NCBI GenBank assembly: GCA_963766735.1
Contig: CAVYBU010000020.1
Coordinates: 1-45,383 of the forward strand
Origin: an uncultured Chloroflexia bacterium
Lineage (GTDB): Bacteria > Chloroflexota > Limnocylindria > Limnocylindrales > CSP1-4
Length of the DNA: 45,383 bases
Reading direction: 5' to 3'
Under the pieces are notes generated by a model. It was not told the origin of the DNA and did not search any database. It saw only the letters and a program-made list of their open reading frames with translations. Positions 21,451-31,257 of the stretch are shown here, in pieces; the first letter of the stretch is position 1, and each line of letters starts with the position of its first letter. The position numbers and the translations under genes are program-made.

Positions 21451-23154
21451 GTGCGCCTCGACATCACGCTCCTCGGCGAACCCGCGCTCTCGATCGATGG
21501 TCAACGCCAGCCGCTCGCCGGCGCCAAGACCTGGGGACTCCTGGCCAGGGTGGTCATCGGTCCACCGATCACCCGCCGTCAGCTCGCGACATTGCTCTGG
21601 CCCGAGGCAGACGATCCGCGGGCTGCCTGTCGATGGACGATCCTCCAGGTCCGCCGGGCCCTCGAGCCTGCGGCAACGCTGCTCGACGCGGACGACGGGT
21701 TGCGTCTGGCCACCCTTGACGGAGCGACGATCGTGGCTGACGTCCTGATGCTCCACGAGGGTCGGACGCCCATGGATGAGCTCGGAGCCACCGGCGGCGT
21801 GCTGCTGGAGGGCATCGATCCGCGCGACGCGCCGGAGTTCGAGGACTGGCTGGATCGGGAGCGAAGACGGGCGGCCTCGGCTCTTGGCGCCACCCTCCGG
21901 TGGGCGGTCGCGGTCACAGCCACGACCGATACCGGTGCGGCCATCGCACTCGCGCGCCGGGCCATCGCGCTGGACCCCTTTGACGATGCCGCGCAGGAGG
22001 CGCTCGTGTCGTTGCTGGTGGCGGCGGGGACACGGACGGCCGCCGAGGCGCACATCCAACTCGTCGAGCGGCGCTATCGAGAGGACCTGGGGGTCGCAAT
22101 GCCCGACGTCATCCGTCGCGGACTCGATCGTGCGCCCGCGGTTGGCCACGGCGCCTCGACACCTGAGACGGCGGAGGCACTTCTGGAGGTCGCCCGTAGC
22201 CGCGCGGCGAGCGGCGACTATCCCGGCGCGATCGACGTGTCCACGCGAGCCGCGGCCTCGGCCGCGGGGTGGCCAGCCGTTCAGGCGCGAGCCTTGCTTC
22301 AGCTGGGAGGGATCCTCGTCCATTCGGTACGCGGTCGAGATCGCGAGGCCGTTGGGCTCCTGCATCGCGCGCTGCAGCTGTCGCTGAGCGCCGGCGACGA
22401 GAGCGCCGCAGCCGAGGCGGAGCGCGAGCTCGCCTACATCGAATTCCTGGCAGCCTCGTACGGGGCCGCTGAGGGGATCCTCCATCGCTCCATCGCTCGG
22501 TCCGAGGCGGCCGGCGACGATGCCGGTGCCGCTCGGGCGTTCGTCATCCTTGGGGCGTGCCAGTCCGATCGCGCGGAATACTCCCTCGCGGCGGTCACGC
22601 TCGAGGAGGCTATCGCGCGACTTCGCGTCCTCGGCGATCGCTGGGAGGCGTATGCCGTGACCTTCCTCGCTCGCGTTCACCTGCTGACGGGCGATTATCT
22701 CGCTGCCAGGGAGCACGCCGAGGCCGCCGTCGCCCGATGTCGGGAGACCGGTTGGCTGTCCCTCGTGCCGTGGCCGATGATGGTTGCGGCAGAGGCCGCT
22801 CTGCGGCTCGACGCTGACGTGGATCACAGTTCCTCGTTCGATCGCGCGTACGCGCTCTCGTGCGAGATCAGCGATCCATGCTGGGAGGCCCTGGCCCTCC
22901 GAGGCAAGGCGTTGGTGGCTCGGGCTGCCGGCCGGGACGAGGAAGCCGAGCATCACCTCCTGGCAGGCCTCGACCGGGCGCGTTCTCTCCCGGACGTCTA
23001 CGTCTGGGCGCAGGCATCGCTGCTGACCGATCTTGTCGAGCTGGAAGGGGGCCGGGACGCCACGCATCTTGCAGCGGCCTTCGCGATCACCCGCCGCGGC
23101 CCGATGTCGAGTCTGCTCGACCGTGTCCTCGCGGTCTCCGGGGACTCGGGCTAG
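21451..23154 (+). CDS. SARP-type regulator (wHTH + BTAD + TPR)
   Basis: ITLLGEPALSIDG, RRQLATLLWPEAD, LLEGID..APEFEDWLDRERRR, AIALDPFDDAAQ; start placed at GTG 21451. Confidence 0.88.
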   Translation: MRLDITLLGEPALSIDGQRQPLAGAKTWGLLARVVIGPPITRRQLATLLWPEADDPRAACRWTILQVRRALEPAATLLDADDGLRLATLDGATIVADVLMLHEGRTPMDELGATGGVLLEGIDPRDAPEFEDWLDRERRRAASALGATLRWAVAVTATTDTGAAIALARRAIALDPFDDAAQEALVSLLVAAGTRTAAEAHIQLVERRYREDLGVAMPDVIRRGLDRAPAVGHGASTPETAEALLEVARSRAASGDYPGAIDVSTRAAASAAGWPAVQARALLQLGGILVHSVRGRDREAVGLLHRALQLSLSAGDESAAAEAERELAYIEFLAASYGAAEGILHRSIARSEAAGDDAGAARAFVILGACQSDRAEYSLAAVTLEEAIARLRVLGDRWEAYAVTFLARVHLLTGDYLAAREHAEAAVARCRETGWLSLVPWPMMVAAEAALRLDADVDHSSSFDRAYALSCEISDPCWEALALRGKALVARAAGRDEEAEHHLLAGLDRARSLPDVYVWAQASLLTDLVELEGGRDATHLAAAFAITRRGPMSSLLDRVLAVSGDSG

Positions 23155-23170
23155 CCCATCCGCGGAGCCA

Positions 23171-23204
23171 CCAAACGCGAAGCCAAACGGTCCTGGCCTA
23201 GGGT
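23171..23204 (+). promoter_or_regulatory. Candidate SARP-binding direct repeats and -10 box
   Basis: CCAAACG at 23171 and 23183, followed by TAGGGT (23199-23204), upstream of the DUF4242 gene. Confidence 0.45.
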
Positions 23205-23246
23205 CACGGCACGGCGCCGGAAGGGCGCCCTGCAAGGAGACCAGAG

Positions 23247-23495
23247 ATGGCGACATTCATGGACGTGCACGACGGCTTCTTCGGCGTCACGGGCGATCAG
23301 CTGCGCGAGGCCCACGACCGCGATCTCGCGATCGAGGCGGACGAGGGCGTGCACTTCGAGCGAGCCTGGCTCGACCCGGAGTTGGGCAAGGTGTTCTGCC
23401 TGGCCACCGGCCCGTCGAAGGCAGCCGTGATGCGGATCCACGAGCGGGCGGGGCATCCGACTCCCGAGGTGTACGAGCTCACGGTCGAGGTCTGA
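23247..23495 (+). CDS. DUF4242 / SCO4226-like nickel-binding protein
   Basis: FMDVH, EAHDRDLAIE, GKVFCL..GPSKAAVMRIHERAGHP; AAGGAG RBS. Confidence 0.9.
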   Translation: MATFMDVHDGFFGVTGDQLREAHDRDLAIEADEGVHFERAWLDPELGKVFCLATGPSKAAVMRIHERAGHPTPEVYELTVEV

Positions 23496-23716
23496 GCGAC
23501 CCACGCGCATCGCCTCGTCGGCTGCACCTCCGGCTGTGCGTCCCTGAACAGTCACAGGCGGGTTGACGAACGCCTGTCGCGCCTCCGCCTCGAGGTTGCC
23601 CCCTGGGATGGACCCCGCCCGCGGCATCCGTCGCATGTGACCCAGGGTGCCGCATCGAGACATGGAGAGCACAGCTGGACCGGGGACTGCCAGGGTGACT
23701 CCGTCATCCGGTAGCG

Positions 23717-26146
23717 TCAGGTGGTCGGTGCATTCCCCTCGATCAGCACGCTGCCGGTCATCCCGTCGAGCACCACGGTCGCTCCGTCCGGGATTCGGGT
23801 GCATGCCGCGGGCACGGAGACGATGCACGGGATCCCGTACTCGCGCGCGACGATCGAGCTGTGGGACAGGATCCCGCCCGCCTCCGCGATGACGCCCGAG
23901 GCCCGTGCGAACAACGGACTCCACGCGACGTCCGAGAAGGGGATGACGATGACATCGCCGGCCGCGACGCGCCCGAAGTCCGCAGCTCCGCGCACCACCC
24001 GGGCCGTACCACGCACGGACCCGCGCGAGGTCGGGATCCCGCTCAGGGCCGTCTCCGGCGCATCCGACGCGTGCCGGGCGACGAACGCGTCGCCGTACAC
24101 GACCTCGGGGACGACGAGGTCGGCAGCCCCGGCGATGTCCTCGCGGCGATGGGCGACGAGCGCCCGCGCCTCGCCGGCCGCCGGCGTGGCGCCACGGACC
24201 ACGGCCCGGACCTCGTCCACGGTGAGCATGAACACGTCGTCCCGCACGTCGAGGACGCCCAGGTCCACGAGCCGGTCCCCGATTGCGATGAACGTCGGAC
24301 GGTTGAGGCCGTAGACCCGGGCCCATGCCGCGCCGACGGCGTCCCGGTACGCGCGGAAGGCGCCCGCGCGCCGCCAGAGCAGCCGGACGAGCGGGCGCCG
24401 GGCGCGCGGGGCACGGGCCAGGATCTCGTCGATGCCGGGGCCGCGTCCGGGTGTCTCGGCGCCGTTGGCATCCGGACGCTCCCGGTGCGCCAGCACGAGG
24501 TCCACGACGTGGTCCGGGTCTTCGCGCCAGGTGGGAAGCGAGAGGTCGTTGCCGCTGTCGGACAGGTGGCCGAAGCGGCCGAGGTAGTCGTCCAGGGCGT
24601 CGCGGAACTCGGCCAGGGCCTCTCGCTCCCGGAGGGCCGCGCTGCGGCGCGCGGCCAGGTCATCCCGGGCGTCCGGTGGCAGGTCCCGGGCGAGGGACGC
24701 CAGCGCGTCGACGGCGGCGGCCGGATCCCAGGCCGCGCGATCGGTCCGTTCCGCGGCGGGGTCCACGGTGGCCGGGTCCACGCCAACTGCGCGCAGTTGA
24801 ACGGCCAGGGCGCGGTCATACGCGAGCATCGTGAGCGGCACGACGATGTTCGCGTACGCTGCCCGGCGTGCGACGACTTCGATCGCGTCGAGGCGGCGGA
24901 GCAGCGCCGGGCCATCGAGCCCGGCCGGATCCTCCTCGGTCAGGGCGGCGTGTGCCGCGCGCAGGTACCGCAGCTCCGCGCGCGTCCAGCGGCCGCGCCG
25001 GAGCAGGCGCCGGCTGGCTCGCAGCATCCGGGGCAGGTGGCGTGCGGCTCCCGATCCCGGGCGGAACCGCGGCGCCTCGGGGCCCTTGGGCAGGCCCAGA
25101 AGAAGCTCCAGGCTGTCGTGGGGCATGCCCAGGGCCTCGAACACCGACCCGATGGTCGTCATGTCGAAGTAGGCGCGATAGCCGAACGAGCGGGCCAGGT
25201 CCTCGGGGCGGACGCCCAGCGGTCCGACGAGCTCCTCGAGGAGCTCCAGCCAGGCCGCGTTCACCAGCGGCACGTTGACCGACCACACCAGTGGCTTGAT
25301 GACGCCCGGCAGGACGTCCCGGGCGATCCGGTTCGAATAGATCCGCAGATCACCCAGCCCGGTCATCGGGCGCGCCTGGAGCCACCAGATCGTGGTGCCG
25401 TCGGTCGCCCACTCGAGGTCGAGCGGCGACCTGCCGGCCTCCGAGAGCCGTACCGTCTCCCGTGCGACGGCTTCCACCACCTGCGCCGGGACGCGCGGCT
25501 CGGGCGGCTCGTCTGTGAACGCTCCCCAACGGCGGACCCAGCGGTCCGGCGTTACGCCGTCCATGGCCAGGGCGTCGCCCCGGCCGGGCACCGCCTCGAC
25601 CACCACCTCGTCCAGGCCCGTCACCGGGTTGCGCGAGAACGCGATCCCTGCGCCGCGCGCGGGCACCATCTCCTGGACCACGACCGCCACGCGATCCGGC
25701 ACGGTCACGCCGGCACGCTCAGCGTAGGCAGCAATGCGCACGGGGTCCGGCGCCGCGACCTCTCCCACGGCCGCCAGCACACCGTCCGCCGGGATGTCCA
25801 GCCGGCTTCCGAGCTGGCCGTCGAACGAGCGGAGCTCACCCTCGTCGCCATCCGCGGACGATCGGACGGCGTAGGTGCCGTGTGGGTCCAGCCACCGCCG
25901 CAGCGCGCCGGCCAGGAGCTCCGTGGCGAGCGTGTCGCCGTCGGCCACCAGCCCCGCGATGTCGGCGGGCACGGCCACGGCCGCGGGCACGGGCACGCCC
26001 TGGGCGGCGAGCCACGCCAGCGAGGCGGCCTTCGCCCCAACCCTTGTTCGGTCGGGCAGTCGGGTCCCGGGACCGAGGGCCACCAGAGGCGACGGGACGA
26101 CCGTATGGGGCCGGGCCGGATGCAACGGGCGGACGACACCGTGCAC
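23717..26146 (-). CDS. PEP-utilising enzyme (ATP-grasp PEP/pyruvate-binding + C-terminal His swivel domain; rifampicin phosphotransferase-like architecture)
   Basis: VGAKAASL, YAVRSSA, VVVQEMV, DLEWA, WLQARP, GGILSHSSIVAREYGIP; start uncertain (26146 or 26203). Confidence 0.85.
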   Translation of the reverse strand: MHGVVRPLHPARPHTVVPSPLVALGPGTRLPDRTRVGAKAASLAWLAAQGVPVPAAVAVPADIAGLVADGDTLATELLAGALRRWLDPHGTYAVRSSADGDEGELRSFDGQLGSRLDIPADGVLAAVGEVAAPDPVRIAAYAERAGVTVPDRVAVVVQEMVPARGAGIAFSRNPVTGLDEVVVEAVPGRGDALAMDGVTPDRWVRRWGAFTDEPPEPRVPAQVVEAVARETVRLSEAGRSPLDLEWATDGTTIWWLQARPMTGLGDLRIYSNRIARDVLPGVIKPLVWSVNVPLVNAAWLELLEELVGPLGVRPEDLARSFGYRAYFDMTTIGSVFEALGMPHDSLELLLGLPKGPEAPRFRPGSGAARHLPRMLRASRRLLRRGRWTRAELRYLRAAHAALTEEDPAGLDGPALLRRLDAIEVVARRAAYANIVVPLTMLAYDRALAVQLRAVGVDPATVDPAAERTDRAAWDPAAAVDALASLARDLPPDARDDLAARRSAALREREALAEFRDALDDYLGRFGHLSDSGNDLSLPTWREDPDHVVDLVLAHRERPDANGAETPGRGPGIDEILARAPRARRPLVRLLWRRAGAFRAYRDAVGAAWARVYGLNRPTFIAIGDRLVDLGVLDVRDDVFMLTVDEVRAVVRGATPAAGEARALVAHRREDIAGAADLVVPEVVYGDAFVARHASDAPETALSGIPTSRGSVRGTARVVRGAADFGRVAAGDVIVIPFSDVAWSPLFARASGVIAEAGGILSHSSIVAREYGIPCIVSVPAACTRIPDGATVVLDGMTGSVLIEGNAPTT

Positions 26147-26259
26147 GTCCGAGTGGTCGTCCTCGCCGCCATGGGCATAGGCGACCGCGCGAGGGCGGAG
26201 CACGGCCGCGATGCGCGGTGTGGGCGGCGAGGTGCGGATCGGGTCCACGGGGGCGGCGG

Positions 26260-27333
26260 TCAGCGGCTCGCGGCGTCGTCGATCAGGGGCGCGATCCAGT
26301 CCGCCGCCATGCCCATCAGATCCGGATCGTCGTTGAGGCTCGGCAGGTGGAGCACCTCGACGTCGGGGTGGACCTTCTTGAGGCGGTCGATCGTGTAGCC
26401 CACGTCGAGCATCGTCTCGTGGTTGTCGGTCACGAATCCGATCGGCGCGAACACGATCGCGCGAGCCCCGGTGGTCACCAGGTTCCGCGCCGCCTGGAGC
26501 ATATCCGGCTGGGTCCAGCGCCCCGGGGTCGGGTGGTTCATCCAGCCGACGCTGATGTTCGGGAACTCGTGCCACAGCTTCTCTTTCACGGCGTGGTACA
26601 GGGTCCGGCTGTCGCGGATGCCGGTCTCGAACCCCTTCGCCTTGTACGGGCAGCCGTGGTTCAGCAGGACCACGCCGATCTGCGAGGTCGCGTGGCGGGC
26701 CTTGAGGGGAGACACCCCATCGCGCACGTGGCGCGCCAGCCGATCGTGGTAGCCCTCGCGGTCATGGAAGCTGGGCAGGTAGCGGATCTCCCGCACCCAC
26801 ATCCCATCGGAACCGAGCGCCTTGTTCACCTGTTCCAGCGAAAGGCCGCCCGTGTACACGGAATCCACGACCAGCAGCGGATAGATGACCAGGCGGTCGT
26901 AGCCGGCGGCGCGGATGCCCGGCAGCACCTGCTCGGGCAGGTAGCCCTCGCAGAAGTTGAGCGCCGTGAAGACCTCGACCCGGTCGCCGTACCGCTCGCG
27001 CAGCGCGAGCTGGAGACCCGCTCGCTGGCGTTCGAAGATCGCGTTGTGTGGGGAGACGAAGCGGTTCGCCCGCTCGTACTCCTCGCGGGCCTTCCGGGCC
27101 AGACGGCGCGACATGAACGGGACCACGCGGTCGGGAATCCGGACGGACTTGCTGACGAGCAGGCGCAGGGACTTCGCGTTGTACTCCGTGAGGTCCGCGT
27201 TGTCCTCGACCTCACCGTAGCCGCACAACAGGACCGCGACCCGGGCACCGTCCTGCCCGTCGGCGTGATCGTGACCATCCTCGTGCTGATGGTCCTGGGC
27301 CGCGGTGGCTCCGGCGGTTCGTCTCGCGCTCAT
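26260..27333 (-). CDS. hemH: Ferrochelatase family protein
   Basis: VLLCGYGE, SPHN, LVIYPL, LLNHG, WTQPD, PIGFVTDNHETMLDV match the HemH pattern. Confidence 0.8.
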   Translation of the reverse strand: MSARRTAGATAAQDHQHEDGHDHADGQDGARVAVLLCGYGEVEDNADLTEYNAKSLRLLVSKSVRIPDRVVPFMSRRLARKAREEYERANRFVSPHNAIFERQRAGLQLALRERYGDRVEVFTALNFCEGYLPEQVLPGIRAAGYDRLVIYPLLVVDSVYTGGLSLEQVNKALGSDGMWVREIRYLPSFHDREGYHDRLARHVRDGVSPLKARHATSQIGVVLLNHGCPYKAKGFETGIRDSRTLYHAVKEKLWHEFPNISVGWMNHPTPGRWTQPDMLQAARNLVTTGARAIVFAPIGFVTDNHETMLDVGYTIDRLKKVHPDVEVLHLPSLNDDPDLMGMAADWIAPLIDDAASR

Positions 27334-27810
27334 GATCCCTCATCTGATTGGCAGGCGCGGGTCGGCGGGCTCGGCCGGGTCCCGTGAGGGGCGATGGTGC
27401 CATATCGTGGCGGAACAGGGAACCGGCAGCGTCGTCCGCGGTGCGCCCGAACACCACGGACGCGCCGACTGCCCAGGAAGAGCGGTCGGCCTTCCCGCGG
27501 TCGTCCTGGCCTGGGAAACGGGCCGCGTCTCAACTGCTCCGGACGGACACGATCTGGTTCGACAGCCAGTCGGGCATCCAGCGCGTCTCTGGAGGCCCCC
27601 TGGTGCCCTGACTGGGGCCGAGACCGTCGCGCGGACTCGCCTGCCGGATGATGAGGCCACACGGGGCAGCCGACGATGGCGCGACAAGCGCCATCCTCGT
27701 CATCGGCCGACCACCGTCGTGTCCGACCGAATCGGCCCACGTCCCGCTTCGGGTGCCGTATGGTCTACACGAGACGTAACGAAGCACGACTCGCGCCTGG
27801 AGGGTCAACG

Positions 27811-28173
27811 GTGGACGAGCAACAAGTTCGCGAACGCGCCGACGCGGTCTGCACTGCGCTCGTCGCCGGAGACGTCGAGGTGGCGATCGGGGCCTTCAGC
27901 ACGGAGCTTCGCCGGAACCTCGGCGAGGTGCTTGCGCTGCTTCCGCTGCCGGCGAGCGAGGCGACGATCGAGTCCATCGACCACGGTGGGCGCGACACCC
28001 ACACGGTCGTCCTCAGGTTCGTCGGCGAGACCGAGGAAGTCCTCCTCCAGACGCGCTGGAAGGAACGCGATGACCGGCCGACCATCGTCGAGGTGAGCCA
28101 CCTGAGCAGGGCGGAGCGAGTCGCCGTGACGGGCGAAGCGGACGAAGAACCCGCAGAACCCGACGAAGGGTAG
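27811..28173 (+). CDS. Hypothetical protein
   Basis: GGAGG upstream of GTG 27811; strong GC3 bias; globular-looking 120-aa sequence. Confidence 0.7.
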   Translation: MDEQQVRERADAVCTALVAGDVEVAIGAFSTELRRNLGEVLALLPLPASEATIESIDHGGRDTHTVVLRFVGETEEVLLQTRWKERDDRPTIVEVSHLSRAERVAVTGEADEEPAEPDEG

Positions 28174-28277
28174 TCAACAGCTCAGCCTCGCTGGGGCAGG
28201 AAGCCCACCCGCGCGCATCCTCATCGAGCTGGCGGTGCCGCTCCCGTCACCCCTCGGTCGATGACGATGCCGTCCCG

Positions 28278-28548
28278 GTGTCCGCGATGACCGAGCGCTC
28301 GGGGCTCACGCGACGGACGTTCGCTCGCCGCTTCCAGGCGGCGACCGGGCGACGGCCGATCGACTACGTCCACGCCGTGCGCATCGAGGGAGCTCGGCTA
28401 CGTCTCGAAACCTGGGCCGGCGTCGACGACATGGGCTTCGAGGGGGTACGAGGATCCGACCTTCTTCCGCCGGCTCTTCAGGCGGACCACGGGCCTCACG
28501 CCGGCCGCGTACCGTCGGAAGTCCGCCCCGACCGTCGCAGTCCGATAG
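28278..28548 (+). pseudogene. C-terminal AraC/GlxA HTH remnant with frameshift
   Basis: SGLTRRTFARRFQAATG.RPIDYVHAVRIEGAR, then after a shift at ~28445 YEDPTFFRRLFRRTTGLTPAAYRRK; N-terminal domain missing. Confidence 0.85.
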
Positions 28549-28800
28549 GCACAAGAACCGCGGTCGAGCCGATCCTCGTCGTCCACCGCGCGGACTTCGC
28601 GCTCTTCGGCTCGCCGCGGTCCATCGGCGAGAAGCCGAATCGGCGCGTGCTGGTCCTGCCGCGCAACGTCTGAGGGGCGGTCCCGCGTCCCAGTCCCGCC
28701 GGCCGAGCGACCGTCGCCTGACAGATTCGCGTGTACGCGCGAAGATAGCGCGGCTGCCGGGGACGAGGCCCGGCGCTGGCCGACCGCGCATGAGCCTCTG

Positions 28801-31047
28801 ATGACCGACCTGCCCAACTCCGCAGCCGACCGGGCTGCCAACGCCTCCGTACCCGAAGGCGAGACGCCCGCCGGCGACCCCGAGCTCGCGGCTCTCGTCG
28901 GGCGCGACGCACCGCCGGACGATGCTGGCCCCGCCGCCGGCGATGCCACGCCCGAGGGCGGGGCGGATGCCACCGAGCCCGTCCTCGATGTCACCTCAGC
29001 CGCGGCGGAATCGACCTCGCCCGATCCCGACGAGCCGGCCGGGGTGGCGGCGAATGCTGGCGCAGCCGGATCGCCAACCGCTGGGGCCTCCTCGGCTGAT
29101 GCGACCACCGCCGATACCCGTGCTCCGGGAGAGCCGACCGACATCACACCGGCGACCACGCCGCCGACCTCCGAGCCAGGCGTCGATGCCGTGCCGGTCC
29201 TGCCCCTCGCGGCCGCCGTGACCGACGGCGAGCCCCCGGCACGCCATCGACGCCGACGGTCGCTCGCCCTCCGCTTCGGCGTGTCGTTCGTCATGGGCGT
29301 CCTGCTCGCCGTCGGCATCGGCGCCGGCGCCCTGTACGCATGGGGCCAGCAGTACGACGGCCGGGTCCTGCCCGGCGTCCGCGTCGGCAGCACGGACCTC
29401 GGCGGGCTCACCCGCGAGCAGGCGGAGGTGGAGATCGCGAACGCCTATGCGTCGCTCGCGACGGGGCAGATTACGTTCAGCGGCCCGGACGGCCGGATGA
29501 CGACCATCAGCTACGCCGACGTCGGCCGCGGCCCCGACACCTCGGCGCTGCTCGACGCGGCGCTCGCCGCAGGCCGCCGGGTCGACCCCCTCGCGAATCT
29601 CATCGGCGCACCCCGGGCCGCGATCCACGGCGTCACGCTCGACTCCGCCGTCACCTACAACCGCGACAAGCTGGCGGCCGCCGTCGAGACCCTCGCCACG
29701 ACGATCGACCAGACCCCCGTGGACGCCTCCGTGTCGGCCGGCCAGGGCGGGACGTTCAGCGTCTCTTCGGCGAGGGACGGTCGCGCCGTGGACAAGGCGG
29801 CCCTGGTGGCCGCGGTCGACCAGCAGCTCGCGGCGCTTGGCACGCCGGCGTCGATCACGCTGGCCGTGCCGGTCGTCCCCTTGGCACCCGCCGTCGCCAC
29901 CGCCTCGGCCGAGGCGGCGAGGGCGGCCGCGGATCGAATTGCCGCCGACGTGGTCGTCGCCCGGGGCGAGGACAGCTGGACGATCGCCGGCACGAGCCTC
30001 GCGCCACTGGTCTCGTTCTCGACGGCGGCCGACGGGAGCATGACCCCGGTCCTTGACGAATCGGGCCTGGACCCGATCCTCACGACACTGGCCAAGGACG
30101 TCAACCAGAAGGTCAAGGACGCGGGCCTCAAGATGGTCGGCGGACACGTCGTCGCCACCGGCACCAGCCGCGAGGGCCGAACGCTCAATGCCGAGGGCAT
30201 GAAGGCTGCGATCGTCACCGAGATTGCGGCCCGCCAGGCGGGCGCGGCGGCATCGCCGGTCGCGGCCGTCGTCGAGGCCGTCGACCCGAAGCTGACCCTG
30301 GCGGACGCCAAGGCGTTCGCGCCCAAGATGAAGGTCATCAGCTCGTACAGCGTCTACTACTGGGTCATCGTCAACAACCACTGGGGCGGGAACATCGAGG
30401 CGCCGGCGACAAAGATCAACGGCACGGTCGTGCCGGCTGGCGCCAAGTTCGACTTCTGGAAGGTTGTCGGAGACGTCAGCAAGCTCCCGGGCGTGGGCCC
30501 CGGCAACGCGATCGTGAACGGGAAGATCACCGTCACCGGAGCGCTCGCCGGCGGCATCTGCACCACGTCCACGACGCTCTTCAACGCGGCCTTCCGGGCG
30601 GGCATGGTGCCGCTCGCCAAGAAGAACCACAACGAGTACATCACCCGGTATCCGCCGGGCCTCGATGCCACCGTGTGGATCATCGGCAACGCCAAGCAGA
30701 CCATGAGCTTCAGGAACGACACCGAGTACCCGATCCTGATCACGCGGACCGTCACCAAGGCCGGCAGCAAGCGATGGCTCACGTTCAAGATCTGGAGCGT
30801 GCCGAACGGACGGACCTACAAGATCAGCAACGTGGTCATCCGGAATGGCCCGCGCGCGAAGGACACGGTCGTCAAGGATCCGACCAAGCCCGTGGGGTAC
30901 TCATACCGCAACAACGCCCCGGCAGACGGTGCCAAGGTGTGGGTCACCGTCACGATCTACGACCACGGCAAGCGCCACTGGACGAAGCGGTACTACTCGA
31001 ACTACCCAGCGGTCGACGGCGTCCTCGTGGTGGGGACCAAGACCTGA
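28801..31047 (+). CDS. VanW family protein with peptidoglycan-binding repeats (YoaR-like)
   Basis: TM, GRVLPGVRVGSTDLGGLTREQA, GGICTTSTTLFNAA, YPPGLDATV, FRNDTEYPILI. Confidence 0.9.
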   Translation: MTDLPNSAADRAANASVPEGETPAGDPELAALVGRDAPPDDAGPAAGDATPEGGADATEPVLDVTSAAAESTSPDPDEPAGVAANAGAAGSPTAGASSADATTADTRAPGEPTDITPATTPPTSEPGVDAVPVLPLAAAVTDGEPPARHRRRRSLALRFGVSFVMGVLLAVGIGAGALYAWGQQYDGRVLPGVRVGSTDLGGLTREQAEVEIANAYASLATGQITFSGPDGRMTTISYADVGRGPDTSALLDAALAAGRRVDPLANLIGAPRAAIHGVTLDSAVTYNRDKLAAAVETLATTIDQTPVDASVSAGQGGTFSVSSARDGRAVDKAALVAAVDQQLAALGTPASITLAVPVVPLAPAVATASAEAARAAADRIAADVVVARGEDSWTIAGTSLAPLVSFSTAADGSMTPVLDESGLDPILTTLAKDVNQKVKDAGLKMVGGHVVATGTSREGRTLNAEGMKAAIVTEIAARQAGAAASPVAAVVEAVDPKLTLADAKAFAPKMKVISSYSVYYWVIVNNHWGGNIEAPATKINGTVVPAGAKFDFWKVVGDVSKLPGVGPGNAIVNGKITVTGALAGGICTTSTTLFNAAFRAGMVPLAKKNHNEYITRYPPGLDATVWIIGNAKQTMSFRNDTEYPILITRTVTKAGSKRWLTFKIWSVPNGRTYKISNVVIRNGPRAKDTVVKDPTKPVGYSYRNNAPADGAKVWVTVTIYDHGKRHWTKRYYSNYPAVDGVLVVGTKT

Positions 31048-31098
31048 CGCAGGCCTGGTCTCGCGAGGAGAAGACATCCTGGCGGCGGCGACTGCGGG

Positions 31099-31137
31099 TG
31101 GCGCGCCCGGAGGGCGTCGGGCGCGCAGGAACAGCAA
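31099..31137 (+). repeat. tRNA-Arg-3'-like recombination-site repeat
   Basis: TG-GCGCGCCCG-GAGGGCGT-CGGGCGCGC-AGGAACAGCAA; perfect 9-bp arms, 8-bp spacer. Confidence 0.92.
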
Positions 31138-31257
31138 TGATTCGCGGGGCAGCGTTTCAAGAGGTTTGGCGAGCTGCAGCCGGCGCCTCGGCCACCGCGT
31201 ACGGCGGGGCCGCCACCGGAGCACGCGGCCGGGTGAGTGGGGTGGCAGACTAGAGAC

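Noticed and set aside
27421-27457. Possible site remnant GCGGTGCGCCCGAACACCAC
   Set aside because: Only the right half and tail resemble the motif; too weak to list without a statistical test.
27791-27804. CGCGCCTGGAGGG resembling the left half of the site
   Set aside because: Better explained as the Shine-Dalgarno sequence of the gene at 27811.
28801-31047. Vancomycin resistance locus
   Set aside because: VanW-domain proteins are widespread and no vanHAX or vanRS genes are present.
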